Below, in pieces: positions 24,525-35,354 of a stretch of 64,000 nucleotides of DNA (positions are counted from its first letter, which is position 1; each line of letters starts with the position of its first letter). Position numbers and translations under genes: made by a program. The DNA lies in NCBI RefSeq assembly GCF_018350175.1, contig NC_058368.1, positions 10,044,001 to 10,108,000 on the forward strand, read 5' to 3'. The notes beneath the pieces were generated by a model. The model searched no databases. It was not told where the DNA came from and worked only from the letters and a program-made list of their open reading frames with translations. The DNA is from Felis catus. Taxonomy: Eukaryota.

Positions 24525-25549
24525 ATCGTGAATCAGCTTTCTTATTTCTTTTTATCCGTGTTCCATCTGAAATATGTGTGTGTGCTTACATATATATATA
24601 TTTTTTTTTTGACAAAAATCTCCCCCTAGAAAACACACATAGGGTTCTTCTTAACTTCCCTTTTGTTGGGAGGTATCCCCCCTTCCACAATCCCCCCTTC
24701 CCCCCATATGGTCCAACTAAGGGGGTCTCTTTTCAATGACACTTGCGGTAGACTGTTTGACTCTTCTTCCGCTGGTGATGCCCCTCCTTCAGAAGGATGA
24801 AGCATTTCCACATTATTGCTCTCAGGCTGGGCCATGAAACCGAGGAGCAAAAATGACAGGTGCCACGTTTTTTGAGCAGCAGCCCTCGGGACCACTGACC
24901 GGTCTGCTGCACTTCCTTTTCTCTTTTCTTTGGCCACGAGGGCTGCTCCTTGAACTTGACTCCGTGGGTGAAGTGGGTGTGGAGCTGAGCCACAGCGAGT
25001 GGTGATGAACACGTAGCATGAAAGGGAAAAAACCTGTATTTTTATCATGAGAACAATAGAGAGAGAAGGGCAGAGAGAAGGAGGATGAGAGCATCTTGGG
25101 CCCTGTTTTCCCTGAGGCCCCTGGAGATGTCCCGGCTCGTGCCTTCCTGAAGCCCAATTCTTGGATTCTGTAAAGCAATCCTTTGTTTTTCTAATATACT
25201 TCCTGTGTGATTGTTGTCGTTGTTTATGTTTGCTTGAGTTGGGTTCTACTAAGAATATATAAGAATACATCATCTGTTCCCCCCAAATATCTTTGGGTTC
25301 TAGATCAAAACATAGAAAAGGAAAGAAATTCCACGGAAAGGACTCGTAGTCGCGTGACTGTGCCTGTTGTTCTAGATGCATATGTGTTTTGGTGATAGGA
25401 TACTAGTTTACCACCAAATCCTATTAAAGGCAAATCCATAAGTAAAGTGAACTTTAATCGTATTTCTGGTTTTTCATTCCTCTGCTTCTCTAGTTCCCAC
25501 CCCTCCTCCATCAGCCAAAAGTTTTTGTAGCATTGAAAAGAAGAAGAGA

Positions 25550-25748
25550 GGGGCCCCAGGGTGGCTCAGGTGGATGAGTGTCTGACTCTTGATTTTGGCT
25601 CAGGTCATGATCTCATGGCTCGTGGGATCGAGCCCCAAGTCTGGCTCCACGCTGACCGCGTGGTGTTCCCTCTCTCCCTCTCCCTCTGTCCCTCCCCAGC
25701 TCGTGTTCTCTCTCTGTCTCAAATAAATAAATAAAACTTAATAAAAAA
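25550..25748 (+). mobile_element. CanSINE
   Basis: Head, B box, CT tract, A tail. Confidence 0.93.
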
Positions 25749-26195
25749 GAGGATAAAAGGAATTTCATCCAACAAGAAGAAACAAGATTCAGCTTTCCTT
25801 TAAGATATTGAAGAATTACATCTCATAAAAATGCTCATAAAGGTCTTGGTTAAAAATAAAAACACTCATATTGGCTCTAATATAGACAGACACAGTGCTG
25901 AGCTCCCCTAAATGAGAGTGGAGATTAGAATTCTGGCAGCATTTACGGAGTTCTTTATTAATAGCTTTCTGTGGCAGCGAAGTTTGTCATGAAGAGATAC
26001 CCTTTGGCCAGTACAGAGAGAGGTTTTCGGAGGCACAGACGGTCAGGAGCTGGCTCAGAGTGGGCCAAGGTACGGGCCTAAGTAGTATTTGGGTACGCTA
26101 TTATTCTCTCATGATATGTGAGAAATCAGATGTACTTTCAGCTGCCACAGCGCGTGCCCAAATATTTCTGAATAAACTAAACGTAAGAACCTCTT

Positions 26196-26382
26196 GGGGT
26201 GCCTGGGTGGCTTAGGTAAGAGTCTGACTCTTGGTTTCGGCTCAGGTCACGATCTCACGGTTCCTGAGTTTGAGCCCTGCCTAGGGCTCTGCGCCGACAG
26301 CAGAGAGGCTGTTTGAGATTCTCTCTCTCCCTCTCTCTCCGCCCCTCTCCCCCTCAAAATAAAGACATAAACATGAAAAAAA
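26196..26382 (+). mobile_element. CanSINE
   Basis: Head/tail; TSD-like taagaacctctt / tacgaatctctt. Confidence 0.93.
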
Positions 26383-26460
26383 TTACGAATCTCTTCAACA
26401 TATTGAAACCTCTCTGTGGCAGGGTAAGTGTTACACTTACCTTACCTCATTTTAATGCTC

Positions 26461-26539
26461 TGTGACGGTTCGTTTTATGTCTTGACTTGGCGAGGCTATA
26501 ATACCAAGCTATTTAATCAAAGACAAATGTAGGTGTGGA
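26461..26539 (+). mobile_element. MLT2-type ERVL LTR 5' fragment
   Basis: tgtgacggttcgttttatgtcttgacttggcgaggcta matches the MLT2 start. Confidence 0.65.
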
Positions 26540-26732
26540 GAGAGAGAGACAGACAGACGGAGTGCGAGCAGGGGAGGGGCAGAGAGAGAGGGAAACACAG
26601 AATCCGAAGCGGGCTCCAGGCTCTGAGCTGTTCCGCACAGAGCCCGACGCGGGGCTCAAACTCACGGACCGCGAGATCATGACCTGAGCCGAAGTTGGAG
26701 GCTTCACTGACTGAGCCACCCGCAGGCGCCCC
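26540..26732 (-). mobile_element. SINEC_Fc-type CanSINE lacking A tail
   Basis: Body and head present; (GA)n abuts MLT2 directly. Confidence 0.93.
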
Positions 26733-28559
26733 AAGAATATGCCATTTCTGTAGCCATTTGCCGAAGGGTTCCCCGGAGTTAGGGTCGAAGACTGACTCTT
26801 GATTCTCAGAGAACCAGCTTCTTCACAGCCTGACATTGCCAACAAACCAATTGCTGGCCACTGTGTTGGCACCTTCAACTTTTCCTGCCACGGCTAACTG
26901 TCGCCGGCCTGGGCCCCCAGCCCCACCCTCGGTACCCGGGCTGCGTGCCTCCCCCACACTTGCTATAACCGCTACTTGTCTGTCTTCCCCACATTCTTGC
27001 CTGGAGACGAGACCATGTGTCAGTCTTGTTCACCATGAGTTCCAGGCATGTAACTCAGTGCTTGGCACATGCTTCTGCCTGATAAGCTTGTGATACGGGA
27101 AGTCACGAATAGCTGCTGTGAATGTTTCCACTTTGCAGGGTGATTTAAACTTGTCTCCAGCCTCCCTTTGGGAGGAAGTGCTGTAAAGGGTCCAAGAAGG
27201 GCCCCACGACCTGCAGTTCTGGATCCAGACCTCTGATCTCCGCCCTTGGATTAGCTGTTTGTGAATGAACGAGCAACCCGCTGTCCACGATCAGTGGAAC
27301 TCTGCTCTGGGCCTGCCTGCTCTGGGCAGGAAGGGGCAGCCGGAGAGCACCGAGGGTGCTCCTGGGTGGTCCTTACACGGGGGACCCACGCTCACTGCGC
27401 GCCCCTTGGGGCATGCTGTCAGAATCAATAAGTTAGGAGTGGATTTGCCAAGTCCTGCCACTGACTATATAATGAGAGCGAACCTTTCAAAAATGAGCGC
27501 TCCCTTAGACTGAGGCGACAGGCACAGGACCGACAGGCAGAAAGTGGCACTCAGGATAGAGAGGGCCGGGCCAGACAAGGATGGGGAGAGCTGGGTGTTT
27601 ATCATGTGACTGTCAGGCTGTCACCCAGAGTCGGCTGGGGAAACCCTACAGAGTCGAGTGACCTGGAGGTGGCACGTAAATTCATGATGTAGCGAAGAGA
27701 GTACTGGCTTGGGAGTTTGACGATCTGGGCAAGTCCTTAAACCCTCCAGGCCTTAATTTTCATCATCAGGGTAATCGGTCACCAGGGCCTCCCTGAACGT
27801 TGAGATAAGATTGCCTCAAACGGCCACCTGGACAGCTGGGGTGTCCAAAGTCCCCACTGAGTTTGCACAAAGCCCCGGACCTCCACTCCTGGTTCTCTCC
27901 CTCTCTCCCTTCCCGAGAGGGCCGCCTCCCTCTCACCAAACCTGGACCCCGAGCTCAGCGTCTCCAGTCGCCTTCCTGTGCCTTCCACTCTCGCAAAGAT
28001 CTGCAGACCACGAGGTGATGGGCATGCGGGGTCCACAGCTGTGTCCCTTTCCTCCTGGTCCTGCTCTCAGAACTACTGAGGTGGGGTCTGTGAGCCCAGC
28101 AGCCTCGCACCAATGCCATTTTCACCTCCACTCACCGCCGTGGCCGCACCTGTGGACCTGGAACGCCAACGCCGTTGGGTGCCCTGCGATCCTCACTGCC
28201 CTTTGCATGTTGCGCCCCGCATGGGGCACCTGGGCCCTACTCCGTGTGATCATGTCGTCCAGAGAGTTAGGCTACACAATCAGCCCCCCGGGATGCTGGC
28301 CTGAGAGAGAGATCTGGTGTCTGTCACCGCCACATGCAGGAGCACACCTCCCTTTCTGCCCTGCGATCACAGAGCCATGCAGGCCCGCGTGCCTCCCTCT
28401 TATCCGAGGCGGATCCTCGGTGCTTCGGCGAACACGGTCATGGTTACGGTCCTGTTCTCCCAAGGTGGTGGGTGAATCCCAGGGTGGACGCAGCCACAGG
28501 CCACGCTGGGCGTCCCCTGCAGAGGAACGGGGGACTCTCTGGCTCAGGTGTCAGGAAAC

Positions 28560-28775
28560 TTGATTCGAGAGCAGGTTCCAGAATGGACCAGCTATGTGAC
28601 CTTAAGGCAAGTCTCTGACTCTGCTGAGCAGCAGTTTCCACTTAAAATGGCAATGAAGTCATGATTTCCATTTCTTCCACAGCTTGTATGAGGCTCAAAC
28701 GAGCGAGCATATGTGAAAGAACACACTCTATTTCACAAGCACTCTCCATATAAGGTGTTAGAAAAACACAAACCG
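28560..28775 (+). mobile_element. MIR
   Basis: accagctatgtgaccttaaggcaagtctctgactctgctgagcagcagtttccacttaaaatgg..ttgtatgaggctcaaacgag. Confidence 0.7.
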
Positions 28776-29502
28776 TACAGAGGGAGCTTATCTCGAAATT
28801 TTCAGATTTCGGCTTCTCCCCCCCCCCCCCGCCCCCCATCTCTGCCTGGAATGGAGGTGTGCTGGAGCTGAGCTCGATTTTTGCCATTTTTTTTTTTTTT
28901 TTTTTTTATGGAGGGAAACTTGGCATCGCATTTCAAAATTGCTCACATAAGAGGGAAGTTGAAAACATGACTTCCCTGGAGTTAGTGCTTAGTTAGAGTC
29001 TTATCTTGAAACGCATTGAAACGTGGTGACGGAGTTGGGGTGGAGTTTTTGACATGTCCAAGTGACACGCCCTTGGTGTTGAGTGTGGGTTTTAGCACAG
29101 CGCTGAGGGCCGTCCTTCTGAGGCCAGGCTGTCTGGATGCCCACTGGACAGTGTCAGTGCAGGCCAGGTCAAAGTCAGCCGCTTCGGCCAACCCACGTAA
29201 CTTAGCAGGATCATCGGCGGAAGGTTTGACCGAACCTTCCCCCGCGTCGGGGTGCCCACGCTGTGTCTGTGAGCCAACTGTTGCTTTCTGATCTCACAGG
29301 CATGCTACTTCCTGCCGGGAGATTTCTCCTACGGGTCCGTCACCTGACCCTCAGCGCTTTCCGCAGCATGGCCGGTCTACCTGTCTGTGCTTCTTTAGCG
29401 TTGGTATATCCTGGTCTCTCTCCTCTGAGGACAGGAAATCGAGGTTCGGTTCGGGTGTCAAGTTTGAGAGGTCCTTTTGACATCTGAGTAGATAGTTATA
29501 TA

Positions 29503-30049
29503 TAATACTGGTTATCCATGGCTGTGTAACGAATTATGCTTAAACTTACTGGCTTAAAACAAACCAAACATTTGGTATCTCACGGTTTCTATGGGTCAGG
29601 TGTCTGGGTGTGGCTCAGCTGGGGCCTCTGCTTCGGGGTTTGGGGTCTCTCGTGGGACTGTAATCAAGGAGCTGTGTTTTCATCTGAAGGTTCTACTGGG
29701 GAGGACCCGCTTCCGCACTTACTCATGTGGCCGTTGGCAGATTCGGTTCCTCCCAGCTATCGGACTAAGGGCTTCAGATCCTCACCGGTTGATGGCTAGA
29801 AGCAGCTCCCAGTTCCTGGCCATCAGGGCCACATAGCGTAGCTCACAGCATAGCAGCTGGCCTCCATCGTGGTGAGCAGGTGAGAGAGGAAGTCAGCAGG
29901 ATGGACACCTAATCTCAGATCACCCACATCCCGTCACGTTGGCCGTCTCCTATTTGTCAGAAGTCACTAGATCCGGCCTACAGTCAACGGGAGTCGTGAA
30001 CACCAGCAAGTGGGGATCACCGGGGTCATCCCAGAGGCTGCCTTGCACA
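29503..30049 (-). mobile_element. MLT1F/G-type MaLR LTR
   Basis: ggctgtgtaacgaattatgcttaaacttactggcttaaaacaa..tctcacggtttctatgggtcagg..catgtggccgttggcagattcggttcct. Confidence 0.85.
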
Positions 30050-30799
30050 AGATGCAGGCCTGGTGTTCTGGGGAGCGGACTGGGCCGCACACAGCTTTTT
30101 TGTGACCTGCCAGGCCAGTTAGAGATGAGATAGCACCAGTGAGGTCAGATAGGTGGCATGGGCTGGGATTGATTAGAAATGTACACGAAGAAGTGGAAAA
30201 CCACACCGGCATACCGTTCAGGAGGTCAGGGGGGAAGGGGAGTGAGCCACGATACCCAAATCCGACTCCCGGTACTTTGTTCTTAAAGAGGTCGTTTATT
30301 GAAATGAGGATCCCTTTCCCAATCCTTGGTGCTCGGCAACCCTCCCTTCACCCTCTCGATCCTGAGCAAATTAAATAATGGAACAATGACATGGCCATGT
30401 CCTCACAGGTGCGTCCCCCCTCCACCCCTCAATGGGAGGCTTTGGCTTTCCAGAAGCCCCTGGAGAACGGGGAAGGAAGGAGAGGCAGAGGGCAGGCTGC
30501 ACACGCTATCTGTGCAACAGACTAAGGTTAGCTGCTTCCCAGTCTTTGATCAGTGTGTTTAGGCCCCAGCAGGCAGAGCTGGTTGAGTCAGCATCAGCAA
30601 GCTGTGGGAGCAAACAGTTTGACTTTGCTCCGAGTCCCCCTAGAGCTGAATTCCCAGCCAGGCAGTCAAATGAGAAAAGGTGCAATTAAAGCAAATAGAA
30701 ACAAGGAAGGGAAGTAATGACAGGCTAGCAGTGGATTAGCTGCAGTGTGTGGACAAGCGTTTCCTGCCTCCTAGGGCATTCCTCTGGCTGAATATCCCG

Positions 30800-31570
30800 G
30801 GCATTCATTCATTCATTCATTCAGGAAATAGTTACTGGGCACCTTCTATGCTTCAAGTTCAGTGTGGGCACTGGGGTGGGACAGTAAGGCGGGAGCCGAC
30901 AATGGTCTGGTCGTCGGGGCGCTTACGGTCTAGCAGAGGAGGCAGATGTGAACGAGACGGCCGCACCAACGCGTAAACATTGGAGGGTTGGAAACCGACA
31001 GCAAGTCTCTCCTTGACCTGAATTTCGCCAGGCTCTCTGAGCCCTCGTCTTAAGTAAGCTTCGACCTTGGCCCTCTTCCTGTCCTTGCGGGCCCTGCATC
31101 GTCCAGTCCTAGCAAGAATCCTGCTAAATAAGTTTAGCGAGAATCCCCCCCCCCCCCCCGCCCCCTTGAGATCTGATCTCCCTGGCCTGCCTTCAGCTTG
31201 GATCCTGTTAAGTCTGTTTGGTAAGAATGGCCCTGCCCTTGATGTGTCCTCTTAGTAATGTTCCTTATCCTGCCCCCTCACTCTGCTCACTGGCTGTAAA
31301 CTCCTACTTCTCCTGGTCTTGGGCGGTGAGCCCCATCGTTCTTTCCTATTGTGAAAGTCTTGACACCTATCGCAATAGTCCTGAGTAAGTCTTCATTACC
31401 ATTGTGACAAGTGTCAGGATAAGTTTTTCTTTACCTTAGCTGCTGTGAAGGTGAAATACTTTGTGCTGTGGAAGCGAATGAATGGGGGAATCTGACCTTA
31501 TCAGGGAAGTCAAGGAAGGCCTATGGGAGGAAATGGTGCTTAGATCTTAGATCCTAAGGCAGGATAGAAG
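30800..31570 (-). mobile_element. L2 fragment split by MER31
   Basis: (ATTC)n tail plus ttactgggcaccttctatg; resumes tcagggaagtcaaggaaggcc. Confidence 0.6.
30998..31436 (+). mobile_element. MER31-type ERV1 solo LTR
   Basis: tctctccttgacc..ggctctctgagccctc..tagcaagaatcctgctaaataagtttagcgagaatccccc..cccttgagatctgatc. Confidence 0.85.
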
Positions 31571-32220
31571 CTGAACCTTAAGAATCTCCCAAAACTTGGA
31601 AATAACGCGAGAGGATGGTGGCCTGACCTTTCAGTGCCAAACTGGAACATTGCGGAAAAGGCTCTCTAGAGCCAGATACCAAGTCTGACCTACTATTCAC
31701 TGTTGACCAAAGCCGAAGCTGTGTGAGGTTAGAAGCTTTCATTGCTAGGTCGTGAATGACTTTTTGTCTTAGCAGAGATGCAAACATTTCCGTCCCCTCG
31801 AAAACACAGCCTAACAGGTTACAGCTGTATAGCCCCGGAGGACGTTAACTTGCTCTGTATCTAACTTCACAAACTTATTGTAACATTCCTTTCCTGAGAG
31901 AGCATATACACGTCTGTTGCACAAATGCTCTTGGAATCGGTTTTACCATCCTGCTGGGTTCCTCATTAGTGAGGAAAAGAACTTTAAGCACGTGTTCAGT
32001 ATAGATTTGTACGGAAGTCATGCTTTTAATGATTTAAACATCATTTAAGACATCACTCGGGCAGGGGTGGGTAGAGGATGTCAGAGAAGCATGGTCGGTA
32101 CTGAGTTACTGGGGACCCAGGACCTGGCCTTCGAGGACTCTGAGAAAACTTGGGAAAATGGAGGAGGTGGTAACTGTGTTCTTGGAGTTGCCGGACTTGT
32201 GAGTTGAAAAGTACATCACT

Positions 32221-33390
32221 GGGGCACCTGGGAGGCTCCGCTGGTTAAATGTCCCACTCTTGATTTCAGCTCAGCCACGAACTCACGCTTTGTGGGATAG
32301 AGCCCCGCGTGGGGCTGTGTGCTGACAGCACGGAGCTTCTTGGGATTCTGCCTCCCTCTCTCTCTGCCCCTCCCCTGCTTAAGCTTTCTCTCTTTTATAA
32401 ATAAATAAACATTTTTTAAAATTTTTTTTTAACGTTTATTTATTTTTGAGACAGAGAGAGACAGAGCATGAATGGGGGAGGGGCAGAGAGAGAGGGAGAC
32501 ACAGAATCGGAAGCAGGCTCCAGGCTCTGAGCCATCAGCCCAGAGCCCAAGGCGGGGCTCGAACTCATGGACCATGAGATTGTGACCTGAGCTGAAGTCA
32601 GATGTTTAACCAACTGAGCCACCCAGGAGCCCCTTCCTTTCTTTTCTAACTTTACATTTCTTTAAAAAAAATTTTAGGGGCGCCTGGGTGGCGCAGTCGG
32701 TTAAGCGTCCGACTTCAGCCAGGTCACGATCTCGCGGTCCGTGAGTTCGAGCCCCGCGTCAGGCTCTGGGCTGATGGCTCAGAGCCTGGAGCCTGTTTCC
32801 GATTCTGTGTCTCCCTCTCTCTCTGCCCCTCCCCCGTTCATGCTCTGTCTCTCTCTGTCCCAAAAATAAATAAACCTTGAAAAAAAAAATTTAAAAAAAA
32901 TTTTTAAATGTTTATTTTATTATTATTATTATTATTATTTTTTTTTGAGAGAGAGAGCGTGAGTGGGGAAGGGACAGAGAGAGAAGGAGACACAGAATCG
33001 GAAGCAGGCTCCAGGCTCTGAGCCATCAGCCCAGAGCCCGACGCGGGGCTCGAAATCACGGACCGCGAGATCGTAACCTGAGTTGAAGTCGGACGCTTAA
33101 CCGACTGAGCCACCCAGGCGCCCCAACATTTTTTAAAAAGTATGTTACTAGGGGCGCCTGGGTGGCGCAGTCAGTTAAGCGTCCGACTTCAGCCAGGTCA
33201 CGATCTCGCGGTCCGGGAGTTCGAGCCCCGCGTCAGGCTCTGGGCTGATGGCTCAGAGCCTGGAGCCTGTTTCCGATTCTGTGTCTCCCTCTCTCTCTGC
33301 CCCTCCCCCGTTCATGCTCTGTCTCTCTCTGTCCCAAAAATAAATAAACGTTGAAAAAAAAAATTTTAAAAAAAAAAAAAAAAAAAAAAA
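32221..33390. mobile_element. Cluster of five CanSINEs: + 32221-32410, - 32415-32633, + 32677-32900, - 32901-33124, + 33151-33390
   Basis: Five SINE heads in alternating orientation; last copy has exact TSD aaaagtatgttacta. Confidence 0.97.
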
Positions 33391-33965
33391 AGTATGTTAC
33401 TAAACAGCGAGGTGACACTTTGCGAGGGCCACGCTGTCTCCCACTCGGCCATTCCTTTTTTTATTTGCTGTTTCTGTTAGTTACGCATTTTCTCTCCCCG
33501 CCCCCCCCCCCACCCCACCCCCGTTTGACAGCCTCCGTGTTGGCCTTGGGTCGCCTTTCTCCCTTTCCTTCTTTGGCTACTTCTCAGCTCCTCAGTTCCA
33601 TCAATGCTTCCTCCAGCGGGTCTCTGGGAACTGCCCCTTCCTCCCTGTCCCCGTGGTCACCACCCACTCCAGGTGCCTGGAGCCATGAGGACTTACTGCC
33701 AGATCCTCATGATTCTTCCAGTTTCCAGGCTCTTCCCTCTCCAATGCGTTTCTCATTATATTTTTGCCAGATTCATCCTTTTCTTTTTCTTTTTCTTTAA
33801 ATAAAAATACCGCTTTCCCTTGTCCCATCCTGTTTGAAATTCTCCGGTGCATCTGCAGTTGGAACTCAGATTCATTTCTGGCCTTTCAGAAGCTTTAGGC
33901 AGAAAAGGCCGAGTGAGGGGCTGACTGCTTGTATCTTCTCCTTCCGGGAATCCTCAGGATGTCGC

Positions 33966-34016
33966 TCCCCCTCCCCCTCCCCCTCCCCCTCCCCCTCCCC
34001 CTCCCCCTCCCCCTCC
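33966..34016 (-). repeat. (TCCCCC)8 hexamer repeat (G4 on minus strand / i-motif on plus)
   Basis: Directly visible. Confidence 0.92.
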
Positions 34017-34399
34017 AGGTTTCCCCAGCCAGTGGGCTCTAAGCGTAGCTCCCCGAGCCGTGAGACCCACCCGTGATTTTTGGTGCAGCCAGTGTGGGTG
34101 GCCTGTCCTTAAGGTCTGACCCGCTCCCACAGCTGCTGATGGATGGAAGCGACTGGACCAATCCGGTCCTCTCCTGGGAGCCCAGCTGCGGCCAGGACGG
34201 TCCAGGAGAGTCAGCAAGGGGCGGGGATGAGTCACCCGATCTGCACTGGAGTGACAGCCGTAGGGACAAGATGACAGCAGTGCCGGAGCCACACTCTGTC
34301 CTCTTGGTGTCCCAACCGTGTCTTTTGGTTTTCTGTATTCTGAGGCGTGGCCGTCTGGGGCCTTGCACACCCTGCAGGGACCGCCCTTCCCACGGTGAG

Positions 34400-34850
34400 G
34401 CCCAGAGCTTCTAAACAGCTCACCCAGGACTGCGCTTTCCGAAGACGAACCAGCCCCCACCCCCGCTCTCTCCTCTCTCTGCTCGCGAACACCCTGGGCC
34501 CCTATCCACCTCCACTCACCGCCCCAGCGCCAGGGAGCCGAGATGACTGCCTGCTGAAGTTCCTCCCTCAAGCCAATCCTCAGCTTGCTTACCCTGCCTC
34601 ACCCGTTCCTTCTCACATACAGGCTTCTCCACAGCGAAGGCTCTTACCCCCAGTTCTCCCCTCCTCCTCCCTCCCGGCGCCCCCACCAGCCCCGCTGCGT
34701 CCCTGCGTGGCCCTGGGTGGCGTATTATGCCCCCTTCTCTTGGGAACTCTGAGTAACAAACCGTCTTTGCAGTAACAATCATCTTCTGACTGGCTGGCCT
34801 TGCAGACCTCAAGGTTTCTATTCATATGCTATGTTTTCAGACCCTCGATT
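34400..34850 (+). mobile_element. MER54/MER74-like ERVL LTR
   Basis: aagccaatcctcagcttgcttaccctgcctcacccgttccttc..tctcttgggaactctgagtaacaaac. Confidence 0.6.
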
Positions 34851-35025
34851 TCCACAACACGCTCCTGTGTCTAGGGAGCTTGGTGGTGTGGCCGGCCCTG
34901 CGTTTCTTTGAAGCAGGACCATGGGCGCTTCCTCACCTCTCATATCTTGGATTCAACCCCCTTCACTTGAGGTAATTGGGGGGGGCTCTCTTCCTTGCAA
35001 TCAAAAAAAAAAAGAGGCAACTATA

Positions 35026-35310
35026 GTGAAACTCAACGGATGAACATAGGGGAAGGGAAGGAAAAATAAGGTATAAATAGAGAGGGACGCAAACCATAAG
35101 ACACTCTTGAATCCAGAGAACCAACACGGTTGCTGGAGGGGAGGTGGGTAGGGGGGATGGGCTGGATGGTGGATGGGCATTAAGGAGGGCCCTTTTTGGG
35201 ACGAGCACTGGGTGTCCGATGTAAGAGGTGAATCACTGGGCTCTACTCCTGAAGCCAAGACTCCACTGTAGGTCAACTAACTTAAATTTAACAAAACAAA
35301 ACAAAACAAA
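35026..35310 (+). mobile_element. Carnivore L1 (L1_Carn-type) 3' UTR, 5'-truncated
   Basis: gatgaacataggggaagggaaggaaaaataag..gggcattaaggagggc..gagcactgggtgt..gaatcactgggctctactcctgaagcca; (CAAAA)n tail. Confidence 0.9.
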
Positions 35311-35316
35311 ACCCTG

Positions 35317-35318
<2 letters not shown>

Positions 35319-35353
<35 letters not shown>
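35319..35353. repeat. (CA)n microsatellite
   Basis: Directly visible, adjacent to the L1 tail. Confidence 0.95.

Positions 35354-35354
<1 letters not shown>

Noticed and set aside
27811..28563. 250-aa plus-strand ORF
   Set aside because: Non-ATG start, GC-rich Pro/Ser/Cys-biased composition, flanked by MIRs, no recognisable domain; consistent with a chance ORF.
32677..32760. tRNA-like sequences with A/B boxes
   Set aside because: tRNA-Lys-derived SINE heads followed by a CT tract and A tail; not tRNA genes.
33142..33354. Recurrent peptides such as GAPGWRSRLSVRLQPGHDLAVREFEPRV and MAQSVKRPTSAQV in many ORFs
   Set aside because: They are SINEC translations, not a gene family.
33954..34571. 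205-aa minus ORF with poly-Gly
   Set aside because: Poly-Gly derives from the (TCCCCC)n repeat and the N-terminal part lies in an LTR.
19868..34850. Two related MER54/74-like LTRs as ends of one provirus
   Set aside because: They are in opposite orientation with no retroviral internal sequence between them; independent solo LTRs.
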